A stretch of 64,000 nt of DNA. Source: Acidimicrobiales bacterium. GTDB lineage: Bacteria > Actinomycetota > Acidimicrobiia > Acidimicrobiales > RAAP-2. Numbering within the stretch: position 1 is the first letter of the stretch; each line of letters begins with the position of its first letter. The translations under genes and the position numbers were made by a program. The notes below the pieces were generated by a model. The model was not told the origin of the DNA, did no database searches, and saw only the letters and a list, made by a program, of their open reading frames with translations. Of this stretch, positions 1 through 8,659 are shown piece by piece. The stretch lies in assembly GCA_025362585.1 (NCBI GenBank), contig JANYFR010000045.1:2110-66109 (forward strand). The letters run 5' to 3'.

Positions 1-1290
1 GAGGATGCACGTGCCTGCGGCAACCATTGTTGCCAGGCCCGTGCCCGAATTGACGGAGCAAATGCTCAGCGTGGTCGAGGCGAACATAATGGTGCCGTTG
101 CCGCTGCCCTTCGCGTACGTCTGGTACGTAGCACCATTCGAGTAACCAATCGAAGCGCTGGTCGTCGTCGTCGTGTAGCTGTTCGAGGTGTAGAAGGCCG
201 CGGTCTGGACGGCCCTGCTGATGGTCAGCGTGAAGGTAGTCGTGCCGCTGTCGAGGTAATTGATTGTCGGTGCCGCATCGCCAGTCACGCTGCAGGTGCC
301 GGCTGTCACGATGGTGATGAGGCCCGTGCCCGAAGTGACGGTGCAGATGCTCGGCGTGGTCGAGGCAAAGGTGATCGTGCCGTTGCCGCTGCCCTTCGCG
401 TAGGTCTGGTAGGTCCCCGACTGGAGGTACAGCACGGTCGCATTCGTCGTGGTCGTCGTGTAACTATTCGAGGTGTAGAAGGCCACGGTCTGGGTGGACA
501 CGGTGAAGGTGACGGTCGTCGGGGAAGAGGAGACCGCGGTGTAGTTCACGTCGGCCGCCTTGGTGGCGGTGACGCTGCAGGTGCCCGAGGACGTGGCCGT
601 CAGCGTGGCGCCGGGGGCCGAGCAGCCGGTCGCGGTGCCACCGTTCACCACGTAGTTCAGGGCGCCGGTGCCCGAGCCGCCCGAGGTCGTGAGGTTCACG
701 GTGTAGGCGGAGCCGTTGTAGGTGGCGCTCGTCGAGGTGATCGTCAGCGCGCTCTGGGCGGCCTGGATCACCGTGAACGACTGCACCTGTTGCACCGCCG
801 CCACGTAATTCGTCCCACCGTTGTCATTGAAGTCCAGCGTGCAGTTTCCGACTCCCACGAAGCTCACCAGACCACTCGAAATGGTGCAGACGCTCGGCGT
901 CGGCGACGTGATTGCCACCACGTCGCCGGACGTGGCGGTTGCTGTTGGCGAGTACGAGCCCCCGTAGATAGGCGACGATGGTGCGGTGGACGTCACCAGA
1001 ATCGAGTTTGGTGCCCTGTTAATGGTCAAAGTGAAGCTCGTCGTGCCACTGTCGAGGTAGTGGTTCGTTGACGCCGCATCGGCCGTGATGTTGCAGGTGC
1101 CGCCCGTCACGATGGTCGCCAATCCAGAGACCGAATTGACGGAGCAGACACTTGGTGTGGTCGAAGCGAATGAGATGGTTCCGCCGCCCGCGCCTTGCGC
1201 GAAGAGCTGGTAGGTGCCAGCCATGCTGTACGTCGTCGCACCACTCGCCGTCGTCGTTGAATAGGTGCCGCTGGTGTAGAACGCGACGGA
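1..1290 (-). repeat. Second repeat family (~95 aa; AFYTS...Y...G.G.GTI.FASTT.S.C.V.S..GL.T.V..GTC), three copies interleaved with two other Ig-like modules
   Basis: Copies lie at about 1020-1290, 200-486 and <1-201. They are near-identical at DNA level in places, e.g. gtgccgttgccgctgcccttcgcgta at about 92 and 377. Confidence 0.75.
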
Positions 1291-3723
1291 TTGCGGGGCA
1301 CCATTGACGGTGAATGACAAGGAGTTCGACGTGAACGGACCCTCGGCGGCGACAATTTGCACCAGACCGACCGTGTTACCTGTCAAAATGACATTGGCAA
1401 CACCGTTCGTCGCCGTGATTGTGCCCAGACCGTTGACGGTGCCCGATCCACCATTCTGAGCAAAAGAGATGCCGGCATTGAACGACGTCTCGACGTTCGC
1501 GAACTGGTCTTTCAGAGCCGCCGAAGCACTGCACGTCGTATTCCAGATGATGTTGGACGAACAGCCACTCAGGACGAGTTGCGTGGGCACCCCGGGCCCA
1601 TTTGGCGTGAAGGCGGTGCTCGTGGCGGAGGTCACGTTATTCGACGAGGCCGTCATGGCGTAGTTGGTGCCGACAACACCAGCGAACGTGCAGTTCGCGA
1701 CGTTGACGACGCCCGTCACGGAGGTCAAGTTCGTGCACGACGAACTTCCCAAACCCCCGGAGTAGGTGATCGAGATTGTGCCCGAAGAAGTCGTGGCGAC
1801 GTTCCCGGCAGAGTCTTCCAGCTTGACGATGGGCTGCGTGGTCATCAGCGATTCGGAGGCACCGGCGACGGGTTGACTCGTGAACACTAGTTGTGTGGCG
1901 ACGCCGGGGCCGGTGAGCGTCATGGCACTACTCGTCACCGAGAGTGCACCTTGCACCGCGGTCAAGGTATAGGGAGTGCCGACCGTGCCCGCCAACGTGC
2001 AGGTGGTGACGTTGATGACGCCATTGAGCGGCGCCAAGCCGGTGCAGTGCTGGAGACTGCCGTTACCCGAAACCGAGAGTGCGATAGAGGTCGTCGAGGC
2101 CGTGACGACGCGGCCCCCGGAGTCGTAGATAGTGATGACGGGCTGGGTCGGCAACGTTTGGGCGGAGATGCCGGCCGCCGGCTGCGTCGTGAAGACCAGG
2201 CTGGCCGGCACACCGGTGATATTGAACTCCGTGCTCGTCGCACTGGTGAGGCCACTACTCGAAGCGGTCATCGAGATCTGGGTGCCGTAGGCACTGCCCT
2301 GGCACCCAGTGAAGGTGACCACACCATTACTCAAAGATGCACTGCATCCGCTCAACGTGCCGCCACCGGTCATGCTCAAGTTCACCGAAGCGTTGGAGCT
2401 GGTCACGACATTGCCAAAGGCGTCCTCAATGGCGACGACCGGTTGGGTGGTGAACGGCGTCGAAGGACTCGCGCTCGACACTCCGCTGGGCTGGGTAGTG
2501 AAAACGAGTTGACTCGCGGCACCCGCGCTCGACACGTTGAACGTGCTACTGGTCGCTGGAACGACGCCCGATGCCGTCGCCGCCAACGTGTAGGGAATGG
2601 GCAGTGTCACTTTAGAGATCGGGTCGTAGAGGTAGCCACCCTGGAAGGTGCAGTTGAGTGAGTTGCCAACCCCGTTGGTGATTGTCACTGTCGCACATCC
2701 GCCGGAAAGGATGCCTCCAGAGGCGCTCAGGTTGACGGTCCCGGACCACGCGGCGTCGATCGACCCATTCAAGTAGACGCTGACCGCGGGCTGGGTCGCC
2801 AACGCCGAACCGGAAGGTCCGCCGACGGGTTGGGTGGTGAAGACGAGGTAGGGAGCGGACGAGCCGCCAATGGTGAACGCTGGCGACGTCGAGGCCGACG
2901 AGAGGTTCCCGTCAGTGGCCAGCAAGGTGTAGTTGCTCCCGGACAAGTTGATTGAGCAGCCCGAGAACGTAACGACACCCGCCAATTCGTTGCCACTACA
3001 GCCCGACAGGATCGCCCCGTTCGTACCCGTCTTGATCGACAAGATGACTGGTGACAGATCAGTGGTAACGGGATTGCCCATAGCGTCCTCCACGACGACC
3101 ACCGGCTGCGTGTTGAAGGGCAGGCCAACGGAATTTGTTCCCGACGGCTGGGAACTGAACACGAGCTGCGTCGGGGCACCGGCACTCGAAGTTGAGTTCG
3201 CGCTCGACAGGGGGTAGTCGACGACGAAGCTATTCAGGTAGGGGCCGCCGGCCCCAGTGACGGTCACCGTGATGAGTTGAGGGGCATCAATCACGCACGT
3301 CGGAGTAAAGGAGGCGGTGTTCGCGTTCCAGTACTGGACTTGGGTGATCTGCGCGCTGAACAGAGTGAGGTAGGAGGAGGGCACGGTAAGTGGCACGGTG
3401 GTCTGGTAGTAACCCAACGTCTGGCACGATGTAAAGAGGCTCAATTGCGATCCGATGCCGGCAATGGCCTCTTGGGAGACGCTGCCGAGCACGATGTCGG
3501 CAGTTGCCAGGCGACGATGTTCCGCAGAGGCCGAGATTGACGTGGAGAAGGCAATGATCAGTGCCACCGACGCGAGACCTAAGACGACCAGGGTCAGCAG
3601 CACTTCGATAAGGGTGTCACCCGCCTCGGAGAAACGCGTCCGAGTGATGCCCTCAGCGGACGATTCGCTAATACGCGGCTCGCTGAGTTGTGCGAAACGG
3701 TCGGAGCGTTGGAGGAATCTCAC
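1..3723 (-). CDS. Giant type IV pilin-like adhesin (prepilin N-terminus plus tandem Ig-like repeats), at least 1241 aa, 3' end beyond the window
   Basis: Read manually: no stop codon in this minus frame from GTG 3723 (GTGA overlap with the upstream stop) to position 1. N-terminus MRFLQ...FSEAG|DTLIEVLLTLVVLGLASVALIIAF is a class III signal with Glu+5 and a hydrophobic helix. The body is Thr/Ser/Gly-rich beta repeats. Confidence 0.9.
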   Translation of the reverse strand, partial: MRFLQRSDRFAQLSEPRISESSAEGITRTRFSEAGDTLIEVLLTLVVLGLASVALIIAFSTSISASAEHRRLATADIVLGSVSQEAIAGIGSQLSLFTSCQTLGYYQTTVPLTVPSSYLTLFSAQITQVQYWNANTASFTPTCVIDAPQLITVTVTGAGGPYLNSFVVDYPLSSANSTSSAGAPTQLVFSSQPSGTNSVGLPFNTQPVVVVEDAMGNPVTTDLSPVILSIKTGTNGAILSGCSGNELAGVVTFSGCSINLSGSNYTLLATDGNLSSASTSPAFTIGGSSAPYLVFTTQPVGGPSGSALATQPAVSVYLNGSIDAAWSGTVNLSASGGILSGGCATVTITNGVGNSLNCTFQGGYLYDPISKVTLPIPYTLAATASGVVPATSSTFNVSSAGAASQLVFTTQPSGVSSASPSTPFTTQPVVAIEDAFGNVVTSSNASVNLSMTGGGTLSGCSASLSNGVVTFTGCQGSAYGTQISMTASSSGLTSATSTEFNITGVPASLVFTTQPAAGISAQTLPTQPVITIYDSGGRVVTASTTSIALSVSGNGSLQHCTGLAPLNGVINVTTCTLAGTVGTPYTLTAVQGALSVTSSAMTLTGPGVATQLVFTSQPVAGASESLMTTQPIVKLEDSAGNVATTSSGTISITYSGGLGSSSCTNLTSVTGVVNVANCTFAGVVGTNYAMTASSNNVTSATSTAFTPNGPGVPTQLVLSGCSSNIIWNTTCSASAALKDQFANVETSFNAGISFAQNGGSGTVNGLGTITATNGVANVILTGNTVGLVQIVAAEGPFTSNSLSFTVNGAPQSVAFYTSGTYSTTTASGATTYSMAGTYQLFAQGAGGGTISFASTTPSVCSVNSVSGLATIVTGGTCNITADAASTNHYLDSGTTSFTLTINRAPNSILVTSTAPSSPIYGGSYSPTATATSGDVVAITSPTPSVCTISSGLVSFVGVGNCTLDFNDNGGTNYVAAVQQVQSFTVIQAAQSALTITSTSATYNGSAYTVNLTTSGGSGTGALNYVVNGGTATGCSAPGATLTATSSGTCSVTATKAADVNYTAVSSSPTTVTFTVSTQTVAFYTSNSYTTTTTNATVLYLQSGTYQTYAKGSGNGTITFASTTPSICTVTSGTGLITIVTAGTCSVTGDAAPTINYLDSGTTTFTLTISRAVQTAAFYTSNSYTTTTTSASIGYSNGATYQTYAKGSGNGTIMFASTTLSICSVNSGTGLATMVAAGTCIL
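1578..3165 (-). repeat. Five to six tandem ~103-113 aa Ig-like repeats starting (Q/Y/S)LVF(T/S)(T/S)QP, each with a Cys pair
   Basis: The LVF motif Leu codons start at 3165, 2847, 2508, 2199 and 1890, with a degenerate QLVLSGC at 1578. Spacings are 318, 339, 309, 309 and 312 nt. Cys pairs include LSGCS...FSGCS and LQHCT...TTCTL. Confidence 0.8.
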
Positions 3724-5153
3724 GGCAGGAGCATTCCGAAGGTCATGGCCTGGAGGCCCGTGCCATGCAACGTGACAGTCATGGTCGTCGGCGCCAATGC
3801 CCCCACCATTGCGGAGCCCGTCTTTTGTCCGCCCGTCTCACTATTCCCGCCAGCACACGTCACCGTGGTCGTGCCGCTCCCCGTCAGGCCGGGCGTGTGA
3901 TTGAGTCCGCTGGTGCCGTCGTTCTGACACGCGTTGCCAACTGGCTGAATCTGTCCGGTCTGCAGGTTTGGAATGACCGTCAGTGGCGTGTTCGCGGACC
4001 AGGAGATCGACTCGCCAGCGTCGGTCGATTCGGCGTCGGCACTGATCGCCTCCCATCCAGTAGCGAGAACACCGGTGGGGCTCACGACGGAAATGTTCGA
4101 GAAAGTCACCACCGAGGGATCACTGCCCTGGACCCTTTGATAAAGAGCCGGGTCCCCGGGGATGCCGGTATAAAACGGGACGCCACCAATCGCGTTGCCG
4201 AGAAACGCCTGAGGGTACGTAGGCAGGTACCACGGAAGGATCGTCCCCCCCGAGAGGCTCAGGCAGAAGTACAGCGTGAAGTTGTTGGGCAGTGCCACCG
4301 ACATTTCAAGACATCCACCGCCCTGGGCCGCCAACAAGGCCGCACCCTTCACTGAAGAGAAGTCCACGAAACAAATTGAAGTTGAGTAAGTACCAGAACC
4401 CGGTGTCGCAAAACTGCAGGTGGAGTTCGAACTGGAACTGACCGGTGATCCCGTCGCCGTTGACGAGGCACTGGCAACGGGACTGGCCACCAGTGAATAC
4501 GGGAAGTTATTAGAAGGGTCGGTGACTGGAAAGACAATTTGGCTGACATTCTGCGCCGAGATCCATTGCTGCGCGGATGCGTCGCACACCGATTGATTGA
4601 TACTTTTCACGCACGTCGCCGTCGGGGGGCTCTGCGAACCGGCGATGTCGTAGGCGAGGGTGGTCGTGCTCACGGGTGCGAGCGACCCTGCGGTGCAGTA
4701 AAGACGCACGAGAGAGTGTGCGGTACTTCCGGCGATCGGCACCAGCACATAGGAGATTGTGGTGAGGAAGACACCAGTCACTGAGTTGAGGTCTGACTCG
4801 AGACCCATCAACTGAGTTCCGGTCCCGAACCCGCATTGCGGCGTGCTGGACGCAGCTGTCGTCACGTACGACGCACCCTGAATGTCCTTTTGGTAGTTCG
4901 CCGAGACGACCTGCGCGTCAGAAGTGTGGCTCAGACGGGTCGACACGCCAGATTGGAGAGAGAAAACAGAGATTAAACCGAGCGAAATTGCGCCAACAAT
5001 GAGAGGTAAAACCGTCACGACAATGAGTAATTCCACCAGCGTGAAGCCGTCTCGCGCGTTGTTAGAGCGTGAGGGCGGTCGTGGTGTGTTCGGGTGTGAC
5101 GGACCACAGTCATCCGGAAACGACAGAACCCGACCCGACCAGCACTTTTTCAT
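3720..5153 (-). CDS. Type IV minor pilin (PilW/PulJ-like) with a C-terminal CshA-NR2-like adhesin domain
   Basis: G|FTLVELLIVVTVLPLIVGAI prepilin motif. The C-terminal half carries CFVDFS, LPTYPQAFLGN, FYTGIPGDPALYQ and ADAESTDAGESISW. ATGA overlap with the pilC stop. Confidence 0.8.
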   Translation of the reverse strand: MKKCWSGRVLSFPDDCGPSHPNTPRPPSRSNNARDGFTLVELLIVVTVLPLIVGAISLGLISVFSLQSGVSTRLSHTSDAQVVSANYQKDIQGASYVTTAASSTPQCGFGTGTQLMGLESDLNSVTGVFLTTISYVLVPIAGSTAHSLVRLYCTAGSLAPVSTTTLAYDIAGSQSPPTATCVKSINQSVCDASAQQWISAQNVSQIVFPVTDPSNNFPYSLVASPVASASSTATGSPVSSSSNSTCSFATPGSGTYSTSICFVDFSSVKGAALLAAQGGGCLEMSVALPNNFTLYFCLSLSGGTILPWYLPTYPQAFLGNAIGGVPFYTGIPGDPALYQRVQGSDPSVVTFSNISVVSPTGVLATGWEAISADAESTDAGESISWSANTPLTVIPNLQTGQIQPVGNACQNDGTSGLNHTPGLTGSGTTTVTCAGGNSETGGQKTGSAMVGALAPTTMTVTLHGTGLQAMTFGMLLP

Positions 5154-6502
5154 CCAACCTTGACCTGGTTGTAAATACCGTACATAGCCGAAATCAACGC
5201 CACCGCAACGAATCCAACAACCACGCCCATAAAAATGATGATCGCGGGTTCAAAGAGGGCAGTCGCCCTCTCCAGCTTTGTCTCCAATTCGCGGTTGTAG
5301 TAGGCCGCCGCGACTTCTAACTGCTGGTCAAGAGTTCCGGTCTCCTCGCCAACGCGGAACATCTGGCGCGCCGCGGCGGGAAACAGGTTGGTGAGTGCGA
5401 TGGGCTCAGCGAGGCCCTGACCCTGCATCATTGCTTCGCGCACGCCTTCAAGGGCTCTGCGGTAAACGGCATTGTTGGCCGAGTCCGCGGTTACGGACAT
5501 CGAACGCGGCAAGTCCACGCCGGCGCGAAGCATGGACGCGAGCACTCGACAGGTCCGCTCAATGATTGCCGTTTCGGTCAGGTCCCCGATCACTGGCAAC
5601 TTAAGTATCAACTTGTCGAGGCGGGCCTTGCCGCCTTCGGACCGGCGCATGGCAATGAATCCAACAACGACAATGATGAGGAACGCGATTTCGGCGTACC
5701 ACCAGTTCGCCATGAACCCTGTTGTATTGAGCAACATCCTAGTGACCAGTGGCAGTTTCGCGTGGAGGGACTTGAAGAAGACCTGGAATCGGGGCATTAC
5801 GAAGACCGCTAGTACGAGAACCGTCACCACCGACATTGCTGCGACGACGGCTGGATAGATCAAGGCCGCGGTGACCTTGCCACGGGCCTTGGCGTCGCGG
5901 TCCATGTAGTCGGCGAGCTGATTCAACACTGCGTCGAGACTTCCGGTCAGTTCCGCTGATTCCAGAATGCCCACGTAGAAGTTAGGAAAGGCCTCGGGGT
6001 GGAGCGATGCCGCGGCGGCGAAGGTGTCACCGGCGCGCAGGCTGTCGACCATCTCCAACAAGACCTTCTTCATCATCTTGTTTTGGGTCTCTTCGACGAT
6101 GACCTCGAGCGCCTCCATGATGGGGATTCCCGCGCGCATGAAGACGGCCAACTGGCGCGTGAAGTTCATGACGTCTTGACGCGGCACCCGCTTTTTGGTG
6201 ATCTCGAACTTCATGAGGCTCTGGCGCTGGCTGACCTCGAGGGGCTGGAGTCCGCGCGCGAGCAGCGCAATGTGTGCCGCACCGGTCGACGTGGCGACCT
6301 CGACGCCGGAGACTTGGCGACCCGTCTCGTCGAGGGCCTTGTAACGGAACTTCTCGGGCTTGCTCGGCTTGCTCGGCTTACTCGCCTTCTTAGCCTTGTT
6401 GGGCTTGTTGGGTTTGCTGGCCCTGTTGGGTCGGTTGGCCTTGGGAGCCTTGCTCGGCTTCTCGGGCTTTTCCGTCGAACCACTGCGACTGAGAATGCTC
6501 AT
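5150..6502 (-). CDS. pilC: Type IV pilus inner-membrane platform protein (T2SS F family)
   Basis: RQLAVFMRAGIP, AELTGSLDAVL, YPAVV and GEETGTLDQQL motifs with three TM segments. Start moved to ATG 6502, which overlaps the pilB stop (the ORF track starts at 6820). Confidence 0.92.
   Translation of the reverse strand: MSILSRSGSTEKPEKPSKAPKANRPNRASKPNKPNKAKKASKPSKPSKPEKFRYKALDETGRQVSGVEVATSTGAAHIALLARGLQPLEVSQRQSLMKFEITKKRVPRQDVMNFTRQLAVFMRAGIPIMEALEVIVEETQNKMMKKVLLEMVDSLRAGDTFAAAASLHPEAFPNFYVGILESAELTGSLDAVLNQLADYMDRDAKARGKVTAALIYPAVVAAMSVVTVLVLAVFVMPRFQVFFKSLHAKLPLVTRMLLNTTGFMANWWYAEIAFLIIVVVGFIAMRRSEGGKARLDKLILKLPVIGDLTETAIIERTCRVLASMLRAGVDLPRSMSVTADSANNAVYRRALEGVREAMMQGQGLAEPIALTNLFPAAARQMFRVGEETGTLDQQLEVAAAYYNRELETKLERATALFEPAIIIFMGVVVGFVAVALISAMYGIYNQVKVG
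6350..6472 (-). repeat. 9-bp-period repeat encoding 14 x-[K/R]-[P/A] tripeptides at the PilC N-terminus
   Basis: Encodes EKPEKPSKAPKANRPNRASKPNKPNKAKKASKPSKPSKPEK; DNA units such as cttgctcgg x2 and cttgttggg. Confidence 0.85.
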
Positions 6503-8355
6503 AGGGTGTACACGCTTCGTATGACCTCCGAAATTGAGGTGATGTCTTGGGTAACGAGGTTGATGGCCTCTTGGCGCAGGGTTCGCATACCCTGCTTTAC
6601 TGCCATATTGCGTAACTCCTCCTGGGTCGCCCAACCGACGACGAGCCGTCGCAGCTCGGGGGTCATCACGAGTAGTTCGTAAATACCGATCCGGTCCTTG
6701 TAACCGGTGTTGGTGCAGAAGTTGCAACCAGTGCCCTGGTAGAAGCCATCCTTCGGCGTTCCGCCACTCTCTTCGTAGAAGATGAGCTCCTCGTCGGTGG
6801 GCGTGTAGGGCGACTTGCACGAAGGACAGATTCGACGAAGCAGACGCTGACCCACGACAGCGAGCACCGACGAGGCGATGAGGAACGACTCGATGCCCAT
6901 GTCGAGGAATCGGTGAAGTGCCGACACGGAGTCGGTGGCGTGTAGCGACGAGACGACGAAGTGGCCCGTGAGTGCTGACTGGACGGCCACCCGAGTGGTC
7001 TCGACGTCGCGGATCTCGCCCACGAGGATGACGTCGGGGTCTTGGCGCAGAATCGAGCGAAGACCAGTCGCGAATGTCAGACCGGCCTGCTCGTTCGTCT
7101 GGATCTGATTGATCGAGGGGAAGACGTACTCAACCGGGTCCTCGATGGTCATGACGTTGAGCGACGGGTTGCTGACCTCGCTGAGCGTGGCGTAGAGCGT
7201 GGTTGTCTTGCCACTACCGGTTGGACCAGCGCAGAGCACCATCCCAAACGGCGCTCGCACGATCTTAGAGTAGGCGGCGTGCGTGTCGACGGGCATGCCG
7301 AGGTCGTTTAGTCGCAGGACCGACCTGGTCTTATCGAGCAGTCGCATCACGCAGCTCTCACCCATGATGGTTGCCACCGTGGCGACGCGAACGTCGACCT
7401 CTTTACCGTCAATCATGACCGTCAACTGTCCGTCCTGGGGGCGTCGGCGCTCAACGATGTTCATGTTCGCCATGATCTTGATGCGACTCACGAGCCCAGG
7501 ACCGATCGCTGCCGGGAGCTGCAGTATCTCCTTCAGCGCACCGTCAATGCGGAAGCGCACGCGAACGATATCGTCGGCGGGCTCGATGTGGACGTCCGAC
7601 GCACGATCGCGCATCGCTTGAGTGAGGATGCGGTCCACCACCTGGACAACCGGCGCGTCGTCGGTAACAATGTCGGGTTCGTTGTTGTCAACGCTGCGAC
7701 GACGCGAACCTTCGACCGACTCGAAGACTTTGACCAGGCTGTCGACGTTGCCTATAGCGCGGTAGTTGCTGTCGATCGCCCATCGGATGTCACTGAGCGG
7801 CGCGATAAGTAGATGGACCGTCTTGCCGCTCGCCTTGCTGAGCGCCGCGCGAAGTTCGTCACTCGGCTCGGCCACCGCGATGTAGAGGCCGTCTTCGTCG
7901 AGTCGGACGGGGAAGGCCATTTGGGCTCTCGCGTCGTCTTCGGGCAAGAAATTGAGGACTGCCGGATCGACCACGTCACGTCGAAGGTTCGCGACGTCGA
8001 ATCCGAAGAATGCCGCGAGGGCGTGCGCGAGTGACTGCTCGCTCAACGCTCCGAGACTTACCAAGACTTCACCCAGACGGCCGCCCGACTCGCGTTGCAT
8101 TTCGAGCGCCTGATCTAGTTGGCTCGGCGTGATCAGGTTGCTGCCGATCAACTGTTCGCCGAGGCGAACGTTGCGCGGTCCTGTGTCGCCATCCATTGGA
8201 CCGTTCCCCACGTCACGGCCCGGTGTGGGCGTCAGCCGCTGACTGGCGTCGACCCTGCTCTGATCTTCTATGACCGTCGCGACCGATCCAGCGACCGAAC
8301 CCGTAGGGGTTTGATCGCTGGTGCCCTCGTCACGGTTCTTTCTTTTGAATGCCAC
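6499..8355 (-). CDS. pilB: Type IV pilus assembly ATPase (GspE/PilB) with an N-terminal MshEN-like motif
   Basis: Walker A GPTGSGKTTT, Walker B ILVGE, Asp boxes, and Zn motif CPSC...CNFC. Start at GTG 8355 with GGAG SD; the ORF track gives 8382. Confidence 0.95.
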   Translation of the reverse strand: MAFKRKNRDEGTSDQTPTGSVAGSVATVIEDQSRVDASQRLTPTPGRDVGNGPMDGDTGPRNVRLGEQLIGSNLITPSQLDQALEMQRESGGRLGEVLVSLGALSEQSLAHALAAFFGFDVANLRRDVVDPAVLNFLPEDDARAQMAFPVRLDEDGLYIAVAEPSDELRAALSKASGKTVHLLIAPLSDIRWAIDSNYRAIGNVDSLVKVFESVEGSRRRSVDNNEPDIVTDDAPVVQVVDRILTQAMRDRASDVHIEPADDIVRVRFRIDGALKEILQLPAAIGPGLVSRIKIMANMNIVERRRPQDGQLTVMIDGKEVDVRVATVATIMGESCVMRLLDKTRSVLRLNDLGMPVDTHAAYSKIVRAPFGMVLCAGPTGSGKTTTLYATLSEVSNPSLNVMTIEDPVEYVFPSINQIQTNEQAGLTFATGLRSILRQDPDVILVGEIRDVETTRVAVQSALTGHFVVSSLHATDSVSALHRFLDMGIESFLIASSVLAVVGQRLLRRICPSCKSPYTPTDEELIFYEESGGTPKDGFYQGTGCNFCTNTGYKDRIGIYELLVMTPELRRLVVGWATQEELRNMAVKQGMRTLRQEAINLVTQDITSISEVIRSVYTL

Positions 8356-8612
8356 ATTCACTCCGTACTGTCCTTGGTGCACTTGGCTTTGAGTCGTTAT
8401 CTATTTCTGATGTCGAGAAATTCAATCCAACTGAAACCGAATCTCACATACATTCAGGATAACTACGTTGACACTTTTAATCGCGGAATTGTCGTTTCTT
8501 TCAGAGAATTGATTAACGAGGTGCAAGAACAAAGAACCCTCAACACATCGCATGAGGTGCAGCACGCATTCCGCGAAGATCAAAATGATGTCGAGTCATC
8601 GCCTCAGATGAC

Positions 8613-8633
8613 GATGAAGAAATTTTCTTCATC
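8613..8633. promoter_or_regulatory. Perfect 21-bp palindrome, candidate operator or hairpin
   Basis: GATGAAGAAA-T-TTTCTTCATC; extends with one bulge to 8607-8638. Confidence 0.55.
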
Positions 8634-8659
8634 TCATCCCAGCGCCAGGAGGTCAAAAT

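Noticed and set aside
1-1290. Repeated DNA blocks that could suggest a CRISPR array or DGR template
   Set aside because: The repeats are in-frame, degenerate at third positions and about 285 nt apart; there are no unique spacers, cas genes or reverse transcriptase.
790-3775. Many plus-strand and off-frame ORFs (e.g. 1357-1890, 1891-2661) over the giant pilin gene
   Set aside because: Antisense shadows of a high-GC3 gene; Arg-rich nonsense composition; fully explained by the 1-3723 minus ORF.
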